From an uncultured bacterium (lineage in GTDB: Bacteria; UBA8481): a stretch of DNA of 64,000 nucleotides. The notes beneath the pieces are model-generated. The model ran no database searches, was not told the origin of the DNA, and worked only from the letters and a program-made list of their open reading frames with translations. Both the position numbers and the translations under genes were made by a program. Below are positions 62,917 through 64,000 of this stretch, in pieces (positions within the stretch are counted from its first letter, which is position 1; the number at the start of each line of letters is the position of its first letter). The DNA is taken from NCBI GenBank assembly GCA_964499705.1, contig CAZCME010000002.1, positions 186,001 through 250,000 on the forward strand, written 5' to 3'.

Positions 62917-64000
62917 CCGTTTCGTCCGCGTGGCGTGTAGCGGTATGGGCACTTCTTGTTTTCATGTATCTGGCTCTCTTTGTTCCTTCCAGAATCGAGA
63001 TCAGGGACGAGGAAATATTCCTGACGATGAGCACGCAGATTCTGGAGACGGGGATCCCGCGATATCCGGTCGGGGGGGAATGGATGATTCCCCGCTTCTC
63101 GCCCGTGTATCCGGCGGTCCTTGCGTCCTACGCGTCCGTCGCGAAGCCGATCGGGATATCGCTGTATGGGTACATGGGTGAAGCGACGGCGGATATGCTC
63201 AACTGGGGAATCGTATCCGCATTCAACCTGATCTTCGTGACCGGCATATTCGTTCTTCTTATGCTCCATGTGAAGCACGACGCCGCGCTCTGGTTCCTGG
63301 CGATCACGTCCTCGATGCTGCTCTTCTACGGCACGACACTTTTCATGGAGCCGTTCCAGGCCTTTCTTCTCCTCGCCGCCGTCGTCGCGTTCTCCGGCAA
63401 GCGCCTGTTTCTGTCGAGCCTGCTCTTGGCACTGCTGATTGGCGCCAAGCTTCCGAACATCGTCTTTGCGCCGATTTTTACACTGGTCCTGATGGTGAGG
63501 CGAAGAACCTGGAAGCCCGCTCTGGCATACCTGATCCTCGCCGGAGTTCTGCCCCTTATGATGCACATGGCCTATAACGCCGCGTTCCGTGGCGCTCCGT
63601 TTGATTTCGGCTATTCGCATGCGTATCCGGATGAAATGACGGGCCGCGCGGTGCAACAGGGCTTCCAGAATCCTTTCGGTCGAAGCCTGATCGGATACTT
63701 GATTTCGCCGGGAAAAAGTTTCTTCCTGTATAATCCGGCGCTTCTTCCGGGATTGGCCGGACTCGTGCTCGGGACGAAAAAAAAGGAATTACTCCCGACT
63801 CTCTGCCTTGCCATGTCGGCGGCCTCGGTTTTACTGTATGCAGGTTGGTCGTCATGGGAAGGCGGGGTCTGCTACGGCCCGCGCTTTCTCGTCGTCATGA
63901 TTCCGCTCGTGATGGTGGGATTCGCCTACATCGATCTTGCGCGTTTTCGAGTTTCCTTCGTCCTCCTTGTCCTGGCCGGCTGGACGATCAACATGATGGC
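62913..64000 (+). CDS. GT-C fold integral membrane glycosyltransferase-like protein (partial, runs off the right edge)
   Basis: Hand translation from GTG 62913: TM1 then RDEE, TLFMEP, YNAAFRG, SPGKSFFLYNP, WEGGVCYGPRFL. Absent from the ORF track. Confidence 0.75.
   Translation, partial: MTVSSAWRVAVWALLVFMYLALFVPSRIEIRDEEIFLTMSTQILETGIPRYPVGGEWMIPRFSPVYPAVLASYASVAKPIGISLYGYMGEATADMLNWGIVSAFNLIFVTGIFVLLMLHVKHDAALWFLAITSSMLLFYGTTLFMEPFQAFLLLAAVVAFSGKRLFLSSLLLALLIGAKLPNIVFAPIFTLVLMVRRRTWKPALAYLILAGVLPLMMHMAYNAAFRGAPFDFGYSHAYPDEMTGRAVQQGFQNPFGRSLIGYLISPGKSFFLYNPALLPGLAGLVLGTKKKELLPTLCLAMSAASVLLYAGWSSWEGGVCYGPRFLVVMIPLVMVGFAYIDLARFRVSFVLLVLAGWTINMM

Overview
GC-rich bacterial window with no rRNA, tRNA, CRISPR array or transposase visible. 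(1) 1-15 kb: a porin-multiheme-cytochrome conduit cluster. It encodes a >1,227-aa, ~14-heme probable lipoprotein (missing from the ORF track because it runs off the left edge), a ~13-heme cytochrome, a beta-barrel porin and a tetraheme cytochrome, plus its own CcmF-CcmH fusion, CcmI-like and TPR maturation genes. It is divergent from a Cys-rich-PAS histidine kinase, a sigma54 activator and a hemerythrin. Three sigma54 promoters and paired candidate enhancer dyads are readable directly in the DNA. (2) 15-31 kb: a LacI-controlled glycan locus with a GH94 phosphorylase, two related DUF6259-like barrels, a repeated CBM-like domain shared with a lipoprotein, and a shared operator, interrupted by a PilHIG/Xap-like ABC trio. 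(3) 31-46 kb: DUF4139 protein, orphan flagellin with a GGA-rich leader, coaD-pta, OmpA/MotB lipoprotein and an amino-sugar surface-modification cluster. (4) 45-64 kb: housekeeping genes (NAD-GDH, fumC, lysC, cimA, hisS, aspS, 7TM-HD, ybeY, two CNNM, GT-C). Across the window there are several apparently leaderless promoters and short palindromic or tandem repeats, some inserted in frame into genes. All calls come from motif reading, not database searches.
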